Shown: positions 1 to 9,968 of the stretch, in pieces
Position numbering within the stretch: the first letter of the stretch is position 1
Layout of the letters: every line of letters begins with the position of its first letter
Source of the DNA: Propioniciclava sp.
Lineage (GTDB): Bacteria; Actinomycetota; Actinomycetes; Propionibacteriales; Propionibacteriaceae
Direction of reading: 5' to 3'
Assembly: GCF_029977985.1 (NCBI RefSeq)
Contig: NZ_JARKOT010000015.1
Location: 9,056 to 73,055 of the forward strand
DNA length: 64,000 nucleotides
Program-made: the position numbers and the translations under genes
Notes under the pieces: model-generated
Told to the model about the DNA's origin: nothing
Seen by the model: the letters and a program-made list of their open reading frames with translations, nothing else
The model's database searches: none

Positions 1-491
1 CCGACCCGGTGATGCGGTGGCTCTCGACGGCGATCTTCGTCATCGCGATCGCGACCGACGCGGTGGACGGCAAGATCGCCCGCAAGTACAACCTCGTCAC
101 CGACTTCGGCAAGCTGTGGGACCCGATCGCCGACAAGGCCATCACCGGCATGGCGTTCATCGGGCTCAGCATCCTGGGCGAACTGCCGTGGTGGATCACC
201 CTCATCATCCTCGTGCGCGAGTGGGGCATCACGGCCCTGCGGTGGGCGATCATCAAGTACGGCGTGATGGCCGCCAACCGGGGCGGCAAGTTGAAGACGG
301 TCATGCAGTCCGTGGCGATCATCATGTTCCTCCCCGGGCTGGCGTTCCTGCCCGTGTGGTGGGGCTGGATCGCGTGGGCAGCGATGATCGTGGCGTTCGT
401 GCTGACCGTCGTGACCGGGCTCGACTACCTGCGTGAGGCCGCGAAGCTGCGGGCCCGCTACTTGGCCGAACACCCGGGGGAGGACCGATGA
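1..491 (+). CDS. pgsA: CDP-diacylglycerol--glycerol-3-phosphate 3-phosphatidyltransferase (5' truncated by window)
   Basis: CDP-alcohol phosphotransferase motif DAVDGKIAR...GKLWDPIADK; hydrophobic helices; frame is open to the window edge. Confidence 0.92.
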   Translation, partial: DPVMRWLSTAIFVIAIATDAVDGKIARKYNLVTDFGKLWDPIADKAITGMAFIGLSILGELPWWITLIILVREWGITALRWAIIKYGVMAANRGGKLKTVMQSVAIIMFLPGLAFLPVWWGWIAWAAMIVAFVLTVVTGLDYLREAAKLRARYLAEHPGEDR

Positions 492-979
492 GCGACCTCG
501 CTGAACGGGTCATCACCGTGATGACCGAACGGACCCTGAGCCTCGCCACCGCCGAGTCCCTCACCGGGGGCCTCATCGGGGCCACGCTGACGGGCGTGCC
601 GGGGGCGTCCCGGACCTATCTGGGTGGCACCATCGCCTACGCCAGCCGCCTGAAGACCGACCTGCTGGGCGTGTCGGACGAGCTGATCGACCGCGTGAGC
701 GTCATCAGCGAGGAGGTCGCCCTCGCCATGGCGGTCGGCCTGCAGGAACGCACGGACGCCGACTGGGTGGTCGCCGTGACGGGCGTGGCGGGGCCGACGC
801 CGCAGGACGGGCACGAGGCGGGCGAGGTGTACGTGTGCGTCCGCGGGCCGGTGATCCCGTCGCTGGAGCCGGTCACGCGCGTGGAGCGCTACCAGTTCGA
901 GGGTGACCGGGCGGCGATTCGCACGCAGACAGTCGACGCCGCGCTCAAACTGCTCCTCGGCGCCCTCGCCCCCGTGTAG
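488..979 (+). CDS. cinA: CinA C-terminal domain protein / NMN deamidase (PncC-like)
   Basis: ATAESLTGG and AVTGVAGP motifs; ATGA overlap with pgsA; usual pgsA-cinA-recA synteny. Confidence 0.88.
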   Translation: MSDLAERVITVMTERTLSLATAESLTGGLIGATLTGVPGASRTYLGGTIAYASRLKTDLLGVSDELIDRVSVISEEVALAMAVGLQERTDADWVVAVTGVAGPTPQDGHEAGEVYVCVRGPVIPSLEPVTRVERYQFEGDRAAIRTQTVDAALKLLLGALAPV

Positions 980-984
980 GGTCG

Positions 985-1011
985 GGAACAACATCGGGCC
1001 GGCGGGCGTTG
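985..1011 (+). promoter_or_regulatory. ECF sigma (SigH/SigE/SigR-type) promoter for the clgR-like gene
   Basis: GGAAC-N17-CGTTG exact match. Confidence 0.75.
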
Positions 1012-1048
1012 GGGCATGCGCTGGCATCCGGAATCGAGAGGGGGGGCC

Positions 1049-1330
1049 GTGGCTGTGCTCATGCGCGAGATGCTGGGCGAGACGCTGCGCGAGCTGCGCA
1101 TGTCGTCGGCGAAGACCCTCCGCGAGGTCTCCGGTGAGGCCCGGGTGTCGTTGGGTTACCTGAGCGAGGTCGAGCGCGGCCAGAAGGAGGCGTCCAGCGA
1201 ACTGCTGAACGCCATCTGCGGCGCGCTCGACGTGCCGCTGGCCGACGTGCTGCGTCTCGTCAGCGACCGCGTCGAGGCCCACGCCACCGTCACCCCGCTG
1301 CCGTTGCGGACGCCGCAGGCTGCGGCCTGA
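1049..1330 (+). CDS. clgR: XRE-family HTH regulator, ClgR-like
   Basis: [41 protein letters not shown]; GTG at 1049 after GAGAGGGG; located between cinA and recA. Confidence 0.8.
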   Translation: MAVLMREMLGETLRELRMSSAKTLREVSGEARVSLGYLSEVERGQKEASSELLNAICGALDVPLADVLRLVSDRVEAHATVTPLPLRTPQAAA

Positions 1331-1334
1331 ACGC

Positions 1335-1529
1335 GTGCGCGAAACCGAACTCTGGCGCCGTCTCGAGGCGCACCTGGGGCGCGCGTACGCCCGCCAGTGG
1401 GCCGAACACACCGCCTTGCCCGACCTCGGTGGGCGCACCGTCGTGGAGGGTCTTGCCGCCGGGCTCGGTGCACAGTCGGTCTGGCGCGCGGCGTGGGCCT
1501 TCCTGGACCTGCCGGCCTCCGAGCGCTGA
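1335..1529 (+). CDS. DUF3046-family small protein
   Basis: MRETELWRRL...LGGRTVVEGL...VWRA pattern; conserved position just upstream of recA. Confidence 0.8.
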   Translation: MRETELWRRLEAHLGRAYARQWAEHTALPDLGGRTVVEGLAAGLGAQSVWRAAWAFLDLPASER

Positions 1530-1581
1530 GTGCCCGGACCCTTTCACGAGGTGACCGGTTCGCGACACGCGGGCGTGTCGG

Positions 1582-1610
1582 TTGGGCTTCGAACACGTGT
1601 TCGGTACTGT
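1582..1610 (+). promoter_or_regulatory. recA promoter with LexA (SOS) box in the spacer
   Basis: -35 TTGGGC (1582-87), N17, -10 TACTGT (1605-10); TCGAAC-ACGT-GTTCGG at 1589-1604. Confidence 0.85.
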
Positions 1611-1669
1611 GGGTCACGTCCACACGGACAGGGTCGCGAATCCAGACCGGCGTCAACACGATGACGGAT

Positions 1670-1691
1670 TGTCGGAGCCGATGCCTAATGT
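1670..1691 (+). promoter_or_regulatory. PafBC-type (RecA-NDp) DNA-damage promoter of recA
   Basis: TGTCGG-N10-TAATGT matches TGTCGG-N10-TANNNT exactly. Confidence 0.78.
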
Positions 1692-1755
1692 GAACGGTGA
1701 CACGGGAGCTGGCTCCCACGAGGTCCACGCGGTGGGCGGAACGAAGGAGACGACG

Positions 1756-2826
<1,071 letters not shown>

Positions 2827-2834
2827 CGCCCACG

Positions 2835-3395
2835 GTGTCCGGGCGCCGCCGGGCCGGCCGCGAGGAGCCGGAAGGCCTGCTCGACGACCAGCCCGAGGCC
2901 GACCAGGAGTCCGTGGCGCGCGAGATCGCGCTGCGCCTTCTGGAGGTCAGGGCCCGGTCGCGGGCGGAACTGGCGCAGGCCATGGCCCGCAAGGGCGTGC
3001 CAGGGGAGGTGGCCGAGGGCGTCCTCGACCGCTTCACCGAGGTAGGGCTCATCGACGACGCCCAGTTCGCGAGCCTGTGGGTGGAGGGGCAGCAGCGCCG
3101 CATGAAGTCGACGCGGGCCCTCAAGCAGGAGTTGCGCGCGAAAGGCGTCGACACCGAGGTGATCGACGAGGCGCTGGCCGGCACCGACGACGACTCCGAT
3201 CATGCGGCCGCGCTCGCGCTGGCGCAGAAGAAGGTGCGCTCCATGGGCAACCTCGAGCCGCACGTCCGCTACCGCCGCCTCGCCGGCGCTCTGGCTCGGC
3301 GCGGGTTCTCACCCGGCCTGTGTCATCGCGTGGTGAGCGAGGTTGTCGAGGGGATCGACGATACCCGGGAATCCGGCGTCGTCAGCCCTGGGTGA
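2835..3395 (+). CDS. recX: RecA regulator RecX
   Basis: RSRAEL, LIDDAQFA, LARRGFS motifs; directly after recA. Confidence 0.93.
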   Translation: MSGRRRAGREEPEGLLDDQPEADQESVAREIALRLLEVRARSRAELAQAMARKGVPGEVAEGVLDRFTEVGLIDDAQFASLWVEGQQRRMKSTRALKQELRAKGVDTEVIDEALAGTDDDSDHAAALALAQKKVRSMGNLEPHVRYRRLAGALARRGFSPGLCHRVVSEVVEGIDDTRESGVVSPG

Positions 3396-3636
3396 CGTCC
3401 TCAGCGATCTCGGCGGAGTCCTTGTGGGACAGGTCGTGCTCACCCGCATCGGGCACGGGATCGACGGCGTCATCCGGCTCGGCCGTGGGCTCGGTGCCGC
3501 CCTGCCCGTGGAGGGGACGCCGCCCGGTGAGGTCGTCGATCTCGGCGGGGTGGTGCAGCGAGGGGTCCTCGGCGGCCTGTTCCATGGTGGGTTCGGCGCG
3601 CTGGTCGAAGTGCGCGGCGCCCGGGAGGTCGGTCAT
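3382..3636 (-). CDS. small acidic hypothetical protein (84 aa)
   Basis: ATG at 3636 with RBS AGGAG; D/E/P/H-rich; fills the gap between recX and miaB. Confidence 0.6.
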   Translation of the reverse strand: MTDLPGAAHFDQRAEPTMEQAAEDPSLHHPAEIDDLTGRRPLHGQGGTEPTAEPDDAVDPVPDAGEHDLSHKDSAEIAEDVTQG

Positions 3637-3746
3637 GGTGGTCTCCTGTCGGTTGGCCTCCACCCTCGCGGGGCCAGGCGCTTCTCGCAAGGGCTTTCGT
3701 CGCGATGTCGCTCCCGCTCGTGCGGCCGGTAGACTCGCCCGTCGAC

Positions 3747-5231
3747 ATGACTACGCACGCCACGCCTCGCACGTACGAGGTCATCACCTACGGGTGTCAG
3801 ATGAACGTCCACGACTCCGAGCGCATCTCGGGGCTGCTCGAGGATGCGGGCTATGTGCGCGCGCCTGAGGCGTCCCGCGGCGACATCGTGGTCTTCAACA
3901 CGTGCGCCGTGCGTGAGAACGCCGACAACCGTCTCTACGGCAATCTCGGCCACCTGCGGCCCGAGAAGGTGGCGAACCCGGCGATGCAGATCGCCGTGGG
4001 GGGGTGCATGGCGCAGAAGGACCGCGAGACGGTCGTCGCCCGCGCCCCGTGGGTCGATGTGGTCTTCGGCACCCACAACATCGGCTCCCTGCCGGTGCTG
4101 CTCGAGCGCGCCCGCATCGAGCAGGCATCCCAGGTCGAGATCGAAGAGGCGCTGACCCGGTTCCCGTCCACGCTGCCCACACGCCGCGAATCGCCGTACG
4201 CCGCCTGGGTCAGCATCTCGGTCGGCTGCAACAACACGTGCACGTTCTGCATCGTGCCGCAGTTGCGCGGCAAGGAGGCCGACCGGCGTCCGGGCGACAT
4301 CCTCGCCGAGGTGCGGGCGCTCGTCGCCGACGGCGTCCAGGAGATCACCCTGCTCGGCCAGAACGTCAACAGCTACGGCGTCGAGTTCGGCGACCGGTTC
4401 GCCTTCGGCAAGCTCCTGCGTGCGTGCGGTGAGGTGGACGGGCTCGAGCGCGTCCGGTTCACCTCGCCCCACCCGGCGGCGTTCACCGACGACGTCATCG
4501 CCGCCATGGCCGAGACGCCGAACGTGATGCCCAGCCTGCACATGCCGTTGCAGTCCGGGTCGGACGCCGTCCTGCGGGCCATGCGCCGCTCCTACCGCAG
4601 CGAGCGGTTCCTCGGCATCCTCGACCGGGTGCGCGCCGCCATGCCGGAGGCCGCCATCACCACCGACATCATCGTCGGCTTCCCCGGAGAGACCGATGCC
4701 GACTTCGAGGACACCTTGAGCGTCGTGCGCGCCAGCCGGTTCGCCGCCGCGTTCACCTTCCAGTACTCGATCCGCGCCGGCACACCTGCGGCCACCATGC
4801 CGAACCAGGTGCCGAAGGAGGTCGTCCAGGAGCGGTACGAGCGCCTCGTCGAGCTCGTCGCCGACATCGCCTGGTCGGAGAACAGGCGCTTCGAGGGCCG
4901 GGCCGTCGAGGTCTTGTTCGCCGACGGGGAGGGCCGCAAGGACGCCGCGACGAACCGCCTGTCCGGACGCGCCCGCGACAACCGGCTTGTCCACGTGACC
5001 ATTCCCGAAGGCATGGAGCGTCCGCGCCCCGGCGATCTGGCTGAGGTCGAGATCACCCACGCGGCGCCGCACCACCTGAACGCCGACGGCGCGGTGACCA
5101 ACGTGCGGCGGACAGCCGGCGGGGACGCCTGGGCCCGCTGGCACGAGGCCGGTCCGGAGAACAAGCCGTCGGTGGGGCTGGGCATGCCGCGGCGGAACAG
5201 CACTCAGGGCCGCCCCGAAGGGCGACCCTGA
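3747..5231 (+). CDS. miaB: tRNA-2-methylthio-N6-dimethylallyladenosine synthase
   Basis: [21 protein letters not shown], radical SAM motif CNNTCTFC, C-terminal TRAM. Confidence 0.96.
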   Translation: MTTHATPRTYEVITYGCQMNVHDSERISGLLEDAGYVRAPEASRGDIVVFNTCAVRENADNRLYGNLGHLRPEKVANPAMQIAVGGCMAQKDRETVVARAPWVDVVFGTHNIGSLPVLLERARIEQASQVEIEEALTRFPSTLPTRRESPYAAWVSISVGCNNTCTFCIVPQLRGKEADRRPGDILAEVRALVADGVQEITLLGQNVNSYGVEFGDRFAFGKLLRACGEVDGLERVRFTSPHPAAFTDDVIAAMAETPNVMPSLHMPLQSGSDAVLRAMRRSYRSERFLGILDRVRAAMPEAAITTDIIVGFPGETDADFEDTLSVVRASRFAAAFTFQYSIRAGTPAATMPNQVPKEVVQERYERLVELVADIAWSENRRFEGRAVEVLFADGEGRKDAATNRLSGRARDNRLVHVTIPEGMERPRPGDLAEVEITHAAPHHLNADGAVTNVRRTAGGDAWARWHEAGPENKPSVGLGMPRRNSTQGRPEGRP

Positions 5232-5259
5232 GCGAGATGGATCTGCGTCTTGGACGGAA

Positions 5260-5466
5260 TCAAGCAGCGCCTGGATCCGTGGGCTCGGCGGGCGCCTCGT
5301 TCGGCGCACCGACCTGGTCCTTCAGGAACTCCTGAGCCTGGTCAACCTGCCCGGCGTACTGGCCACCGGTCTTGCTGTCGACGAAGTCTCCAGCCTGGTC
5401 GACTCCAGCCTCCACCTTCGCCTCGTTGGCGTCGGCGGCGCCCTTGATGTCGTCGAAGATGCCCAT
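5260..5466 (-). CDS. MT0933/Rv0909-like 'antitoxin' family small protein (68 aa)
   Basis: MGIFDDIKG...VDQAGDFVDSKTGGQYAGQVDQAQ pattern; RBS AAAGGAGG. Confidence 0.78.
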   Translation of the reverse strand: MGIFDDIKGAADANEAKVEAGVDQAGDFVDSKTGGQYAGQVDQAQEFLKDQVGAPNEAPAEPTDPGAA

Positions 5467-5571
5467 GAGGCCTCCTTTCTCCCGTCCGGTGCCGGCCCTG
5501 CTTGTTCCCGGCATGAAACACCGTACGCGTGCTCTGCGGAATCCGGAAGCCCCCTGAGACACAATGGACCG

Positions 5572-6516
5572 GTGCCCGCCACGCCACCGTCGCTGCCCGT
5601 CGTCGCCCTCAACGGGCCCACGGCGAGCGGTAAATCGAGCCTCGCCGTCGACGTCGCCCTCCTCCTGGCCGCCGCGGGGCAGCCGGCGGAGATCGTCAAC
5701 GCCGATTCGATGCTGGTCTACCGCGGCATGGACGTCGGCACGGCCAAGCCCAGCGCGGACGAACGCCGCGGCGTCCCGCACCACCTCGTCGACATCCTCG
5801 CCGTGACGCAGACGGCGACCGTTGCCGACTTCCAGGCCAGGGCACGCGCGGCGATCGACGAGTGTCGCGGCCGAGGCGTCGTTCCGATCGTCGTCGGCGG
5901 ATCGGCGCTCTACATGCGGGCCATCCTCGACGTCTTCGAGTTCCCCGGCACGGACGCCGACGTGCGGGCTCGCTGGGAGGCGCGGCTGGCCGAGGTCGGG
6001 CCGGAGGCGCTCCATGCGGAGTTGGCCCGCCGCAGCCCGGCGGCCGCAGAGATCCACCCCGGCAACGGGCGGCGCACCGTCCGCGCGCTGGAGGTGCTCG
6101 AGCTCACGGGGGACCACCAGCCCCATCTGCCCGCGTGGACGTACGCGGTCGACGGCGTCCAGTCCTGGGGGCTCGAACTGCCGCGCGACGTCATGGACGC
6201 CCGCATCGCCGAGCGCGTCGACGCCATGTGGGCGGGCAGCCTCGTGGACGAGGTGCGTGGCCTCATCGGGCAGGGCTTGCGGGAAGGCCGCACGGCCGCG
6301 CGCGCCATCGGCTACGCACAGGTGCTCGCCTACCTCGACGGGCAGTGCACCGCCGGCGAGGCCCGGGAGGAGATCGTCCGGCGCACCCGGCGCTTCGCCC
6401 GCAAGCAACTCGGCTGGTTCCGCCGCGACGGCCGCATCACGTGGCTCACCGCCGGCGACCCCCGCAACGCAGCGACCATCGCCGACGGCGTCCTTGCTGG
6501 CCGTGTGCAACCATGA
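5572..6516 (+). CDS. miaA: tRNA dimethylallyltransferase
   Basis: GPTASGKS, NADSMLVYRGMDVGTAKP, TRRFARKQLGWFR. Confidence 0.96.
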   Translation: MPATPPSLPVVALNGPTASGKSSLAVDVALLLAAAGQPAEIVNADSMLVYRGMDVGTAKPSADERRGVPHHLVDILAVTQTATVADFQARARAAIDECRGRGVVPIVVGGSALYMRAILDVFEFPGTDADVRARWEARLAEVGPEALHAELARRSPAAAEIHPGNGRRTVRALEVLELTGDHQPHLPAWTYAVDGVQSWGLELPRDVMDARIAERVDAMWAGSLVDEVRGLIGQGLREGRTAARAIGYAQVLAYLDGQCTAGEAREEIVRRTRRFARKQLGWFRRDGRITWLTAGDPRNAATIADGVLAGRVQP

Positions 6517-6520
6517 ACGG

Positions 6521-7360
6521 GTGCTTCACTTCGCCAAGGGCCACGGGACCCGCAACGATTTCGTGCTGCTCACCGACCCCGATGACGCCCTCGATCTGAC
6601 GCCCCAGCTCGTCTCGTTCCTCTGCGATCGTCGCGGCGGGATCGGCGGCGATGGCGTCCTGCGCGTCGTGCGCGGGGCCCACGTCGAGGGCTGGGGTGGT
6701 GACCCGGAGGTCTGGTTCATGGACTACCGCAACGCCGACGGGTCGATCGCCGAGATGTGCGGCAACGGCGTGCGCGTCTTCGCGCGCCACCTCGTCGACG
6801 AGGGCCTCGTCGAACCGGAGACCCGGACCATCCCGATCGGCACCCGCGCCGGGCTGCGCGAGGCCGAACTGCTCGACGACGGCCGCGTCCGGGTCTGGAT
6901 GGGCCGGCCCGAGTTGACCGCCGGCACGCACCCGACGGTCGCGATGGATGAGACCGACTGGGCGGCATACCAGGTGAACGTCGGCAACCCGCACGCCGTC
7001 ATCCCGCTCGGACAGGAGCACGACCTGCTGGCCCTCGACCTCACCGGCTCGCCGTCGGTCGATCCGGTCGATTACCCCGACGGGGTCAACGTCGAGTTCG
7101 TCGAGCAGGTGAGCGAGCGGCACGTGCGCATGCGCGTGTGGGAACGCGGGGTCGGTGAGACCGAGTCGTGCGGCACCGGGACCGTCGCGGTGGCGGTCGC
7201 GATGGCCGAACACGAGGGCGTCGCCACCGAGCCCACCACCTGGACCATCGACGTGCCCGGCGGCACGGTCGAGGTGGAACTGCGCGACGGCCAGGCGTGG
7301 CTCACCGGCCCGGCGGTGATCGTGGCCCGGGGCGATGTGGCGGTGCCCGAACCCCGCTGA
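6521..7360 (+). CDS. dapF: diaminopimelate epimerase (start 6521 or 6503)
   Basis: KGHGTRNDF, NADGSIAEMCGNG, ERGVGETESCGTG. Confidence 0.95.
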   Translation: MLHFAKGHGTRNDFVLLTDPDDALDLTPQLVSFLCDRRGGIGGDGVLRVVRGAHVEGWGGDPEVWFMDYRNADGSIAEMCGNGVRVFARHLVDEGLVEPETRTIPIGTRAGLREAELLDDGRVRVWMGRPELTAGTHPTVAMDETDWAAYQVNVGNPHAVIPLGQEHDLLALDLTGSPSVDPVDYPDGVNVEFVEQVSERHVRMRVWERGVGETESCGTGTVAVAVAMAEHEGVATEPTTWTIDVPGGTVEVELRDGQAWLTGPAVIVARGDVAVPEPR

Positions 7361-7429
7361 CGAGGGGCGCTGGGGCCCGACCACTATGCTGGACGGGTAC
7401 GCCACGATCTGTGGCCAGCAGGAGGATGA

Positions 7430-8839
7430 GTGACCAACGACGCGATCGACCCCGAAGAGCTCGACTACGACGGGGATCAACTCGACCTCGCCGAACGCCT
7501 CTCCCTGCGCCGCGTGGCGGGCATGTCGACCCAGCTGGCCGACATCACCGAGGTCGAGTACCGCGAACTCCAACTGGAGCGCGTGGTGCTCGTGGGCGTG
7601 TGGACTTCCGGCACCCAGGCCGACAGCGACAACGCCATGGCCGAGCTGAAGCTCCTCGCCGAGACGGCGGGCTCGGAGGTGCTCGACGGTCTGGTCCAGC
7701 GCCGCAGCCACCCCGATCCGGCCACGTACATCGGCCGCGGTAAGGTGGACGAGGTGCGCGAGGTGGTGCTCGCCACGGGCGCCGACACGGTCATCTGTGA
7801 CGGCGAACTCGAGCCCGCCCAGCTGCGCAACCTCGAGGACCGCATCGGCGTGAAGGTCATCGACCGCACCGGCCTGATCCTCGACATCTTCGCCACCCAC
7901 GCCAAGTCGGTCGAGGGCAAGGCGCAGGTCGAACTCGCCCAGCTGCAGTACCTGCGCCAGCGTCTCCGCGGCTGGGGCGGCAACCTGTCCCGCCAGGCTG
8001 GTGGCCGTGCGGCGGCCGGCGCCGGCATCGGTGGCCGCGGCCCCGGCGAGACCAAGATCGAGACCGACCGGCGCCGCATCGGCAGCCGCATCGCCCAACT
8101 GCGCAAACGCCTGCGGGAACTGGACGCCGTCCGGGACACCAAGCGTGCCGAGCGGCGCCGCAACCAGATCCCGTCGGTGGCGATCGTCGGCTACACCAAT
8201 GCGGGGAAGTCATCGCTGCTCAACCGGCTCACGGGTGCGGGCGTGCTCGTTGAGGACGCCCTGTTCGCGACGCTCGACCCGACCACCCGGCGCAGCCAGA
8301 CCGCCGACGGTCGCGTCTTCACCCTCACCGACACGGTCGGGTTCGTCCGGCACCTGCCGCACGACCTCGTCGAGGCCTTCCGCTCGACGCTGGAGGAATC
8401 CACCGAGGCCGACCTGCTCCTCCACGTCGTCGACGCCTCCGACCCCGACCCGGCCGGCCAGATCGACGCCGTGCGCGCCGTCCTGAACGAGATCGGCGCC
8501 CACGACATCCCCGAGCAGATCGTCTTCAACAAGACCGACCTCGCCGACCCGGACGCCCTCGTGCCGCTGCGCACCCTCGCCCCGGACGCGCTGTTCGTCT
8601 CCGCACGCACCGGCGCGCACCTCGATGCGCTGTGCGCCCGCGTGGAGGAACGCCTGCCGCGGCCGGCCGTGGAGGTGCGCGTGCTCATCCCGTACGCCCG
8701 CCACGACCTGGTCGACCGCATCCACAGGGAGGGCGAGATCACGACCACCGAGCACACGGCCGACGGCACGGCCGTCGTGGCACGGGTGAACGACGACCTG
8801 GCCGGCGAACTGGCCCCCTTCGTGAGCCAGCGCGCCTGA
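7430..8839 (+). CDS. hflX: ribosome-splitting GTPase HflX
   Basis: GPGETKIETDRR, GYTNAGKSS, LFATLDPT, DTVGF, NKTD. Confidence 0.97.
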   Translation: MTNDAIDPEELDYDGDQLDLAERLSLRRVAGMSTQLADITEVEYRELQLERVVLVGVWTSGTQADSDNAMAELKLLAETAGSEVLDGLVQRRSHPDPATYIGRGKVDEVREVVLATGADTVICDGELEPAQLRNLEDRIGVKVIDRTGLILDIFATHAKSVEGKAQVELAQLQYLRQRLRGWGGNLSRQAGGRAAAGAGIGGRGPGETKIETDRRRIGSRIAQLRKRLRELDAVRDTKRAERRRNQIPSVAIVGYTNAGKSSLLNRLTGAGVLVEDALFATLDPTTRRSQTADGRVFTLTDTVGFVRHLPHDLVEAFRSTLEESTEADLLLHVVDASDPDPAGQIDAVRAVLNEIGAHDIPEQIVFNKTDLADPDALVPLRTLAPDALFVSARTGAHLDALCARVEERLPRPAVEVRVLIPYARHDLVDRIHREGEITTTEHTADGTAVVARVNDDLAGELAPFVSQRA

Positions 8840-8871
8840 ATCCGGTGCCGGTGCGCCACTACGATGAAACC

Positions 8872-9900
8872 ATGCGTTACAGCAGCCTCGTCCTGATCGG
8901 AAACGCCAAGGAAGGCACGATCGGCGCCTACAGCCTCGACGGCGACGCACTCGTCCACATCGTCGACTCCGCCGTCGGTGCCGGGTGCAGTACGTTCGCC
9001 GTGGATTCGGTCCGCGACCTCGTCTACTCTGCCACCAAGGAGCCGGAGCCGGCCATCGTCACCCTGCGGCTCGACCGCGAGACCGGTGCGCTGAGCGAGG
9101 TGTCCCGGGCGGTCGTCCCCCACAACCTCGCCTACCTCGCCCTCACCCGCGACGGCGCGCTGCTGCTCGCGGCGTCCTACCACGGCGGCTGGGGTGCCAG
9201 CTGGCCGGTCAGCGACGGGGTGCTCGGTGAGCGCAGCGCCCCGATCGAGCACGCGAACATCCACTGCGTGGCCGCGGACGCCGCCGGTCACTTCGCCTAC
9301 TTCGTGTCCCTCGGCGACGATCTCGTCGCCCAGTGCCGCATCGAGGAGGACGGCTCCCTGACGCCGCTGGACGAACCCGCCGCCCACGTGGCCCCCGGCT
9401 CGGGCGCCCGGCACCTCATCCTTTCCGCCGACGAGCGTTCCGCCTACCTCATGACCGAGTTCACGGGCATGGCGATCCGCTTCGACCGCAATCCGTTCAC
9501 CGGCATGCTCGAGGTGGCCGAGTCGGTGAAGGCCTACGACACGACCCGCGGTCTCACCCACAGCGCGTTCGGCGCCGACCCTCAGGCGGGGCACCTCGTC
9601 TGGGGCGCCGACCTGCACCTCACGCACGACGGCCGCTACCTCGTGTGCTCCGAACGGACCGAGTCGACGCTCGCTGCGGTCGGCCTCGACGGGGACGGAC
9701 GGCTGACCCAGGTGGTCGCAGTCACCGACACCGAGGCGCAGCCGCGCGGGTTCAGTGCCACGCCGGACGGCGCGCGGCTCGTCGTGGTCGGCGAGGGCTC
9801 CGGCCACGCCGCCCTGCACGCGATCGCTTACGACGGCACGTTCACCGTCCTCGATCGCGTCCCCACGGGCGCTGGCCCCAACTGGGTGCGCTTCGCCTGA
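8872..9900 (+). CDS. lactonase-family beta-propeller (6-phosphogluconolactonase-like)
   Basis: ASYHGG, GSGARH, QPRGF and C-terminal GPNWV motifs; leaderless, -10 TACGAT 6 nt before ATG. Confidence 0.8.
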   Translation: MRYSSLVLIGNAKEGTIGAYSLDGDALVHIVDSAVGAGCSTFAVDSVRDLVYSATKEPEPAIVTLRLDRETGALSEVSRAVVPHNLAYLALTRDGALLLAASYHGGWGASWPVSDGVLGERSAPIEHANIHCVAADAAGHFAYFVSLGDDLVAQCRIEEDGSLTPLDEPAAHVAPGSGARHLILSADERSAYLMTEFTGMAIRFDRNPFTGMLEVAESVKAYDTTRGLTHSAFGADPQAGHLVWGADLHLTHDGRYLVCSERTESTLAAVGLDGDGRLTQVVAVTDTEAQPRGFSATPDGARLVVVGEGSGHAALHAIAYDGTFTVLDRVPTGAGPNWVRFA

Positions 9901-9914
9901 GCGTCGTTGTCCAC

Positions 9915-9947
9915 AGGCCCCCGGTGTCCTACGGACGCGGGGGCCTT
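9915..9947 (+). terminator. GC-rich hairpin after the lactonase gene
   Basis: AGGCCCCC-G-GTGTCC-TAC-GGACGC-GGGGGCCT stem-loop. Confidence 0.55.
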
Positions 9948-9968
9948 GGCGTCCCCTAGTCTGGCCGG

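Noticed and set aside
1582-1755. 58-aa N-terminal extension of RecA in the ORF track
   Set aside because: The region contains the promoters and SOS box; the RBS-supported start is ATG 1756
6503-6523. ATG at 6513 overlapping the miaA stop but out of frame with dapF, a possible frameshift
   Set aside because: In-frame GTG codons at 6503 and 6521 give a full-length DapF, so no frameshift is needed
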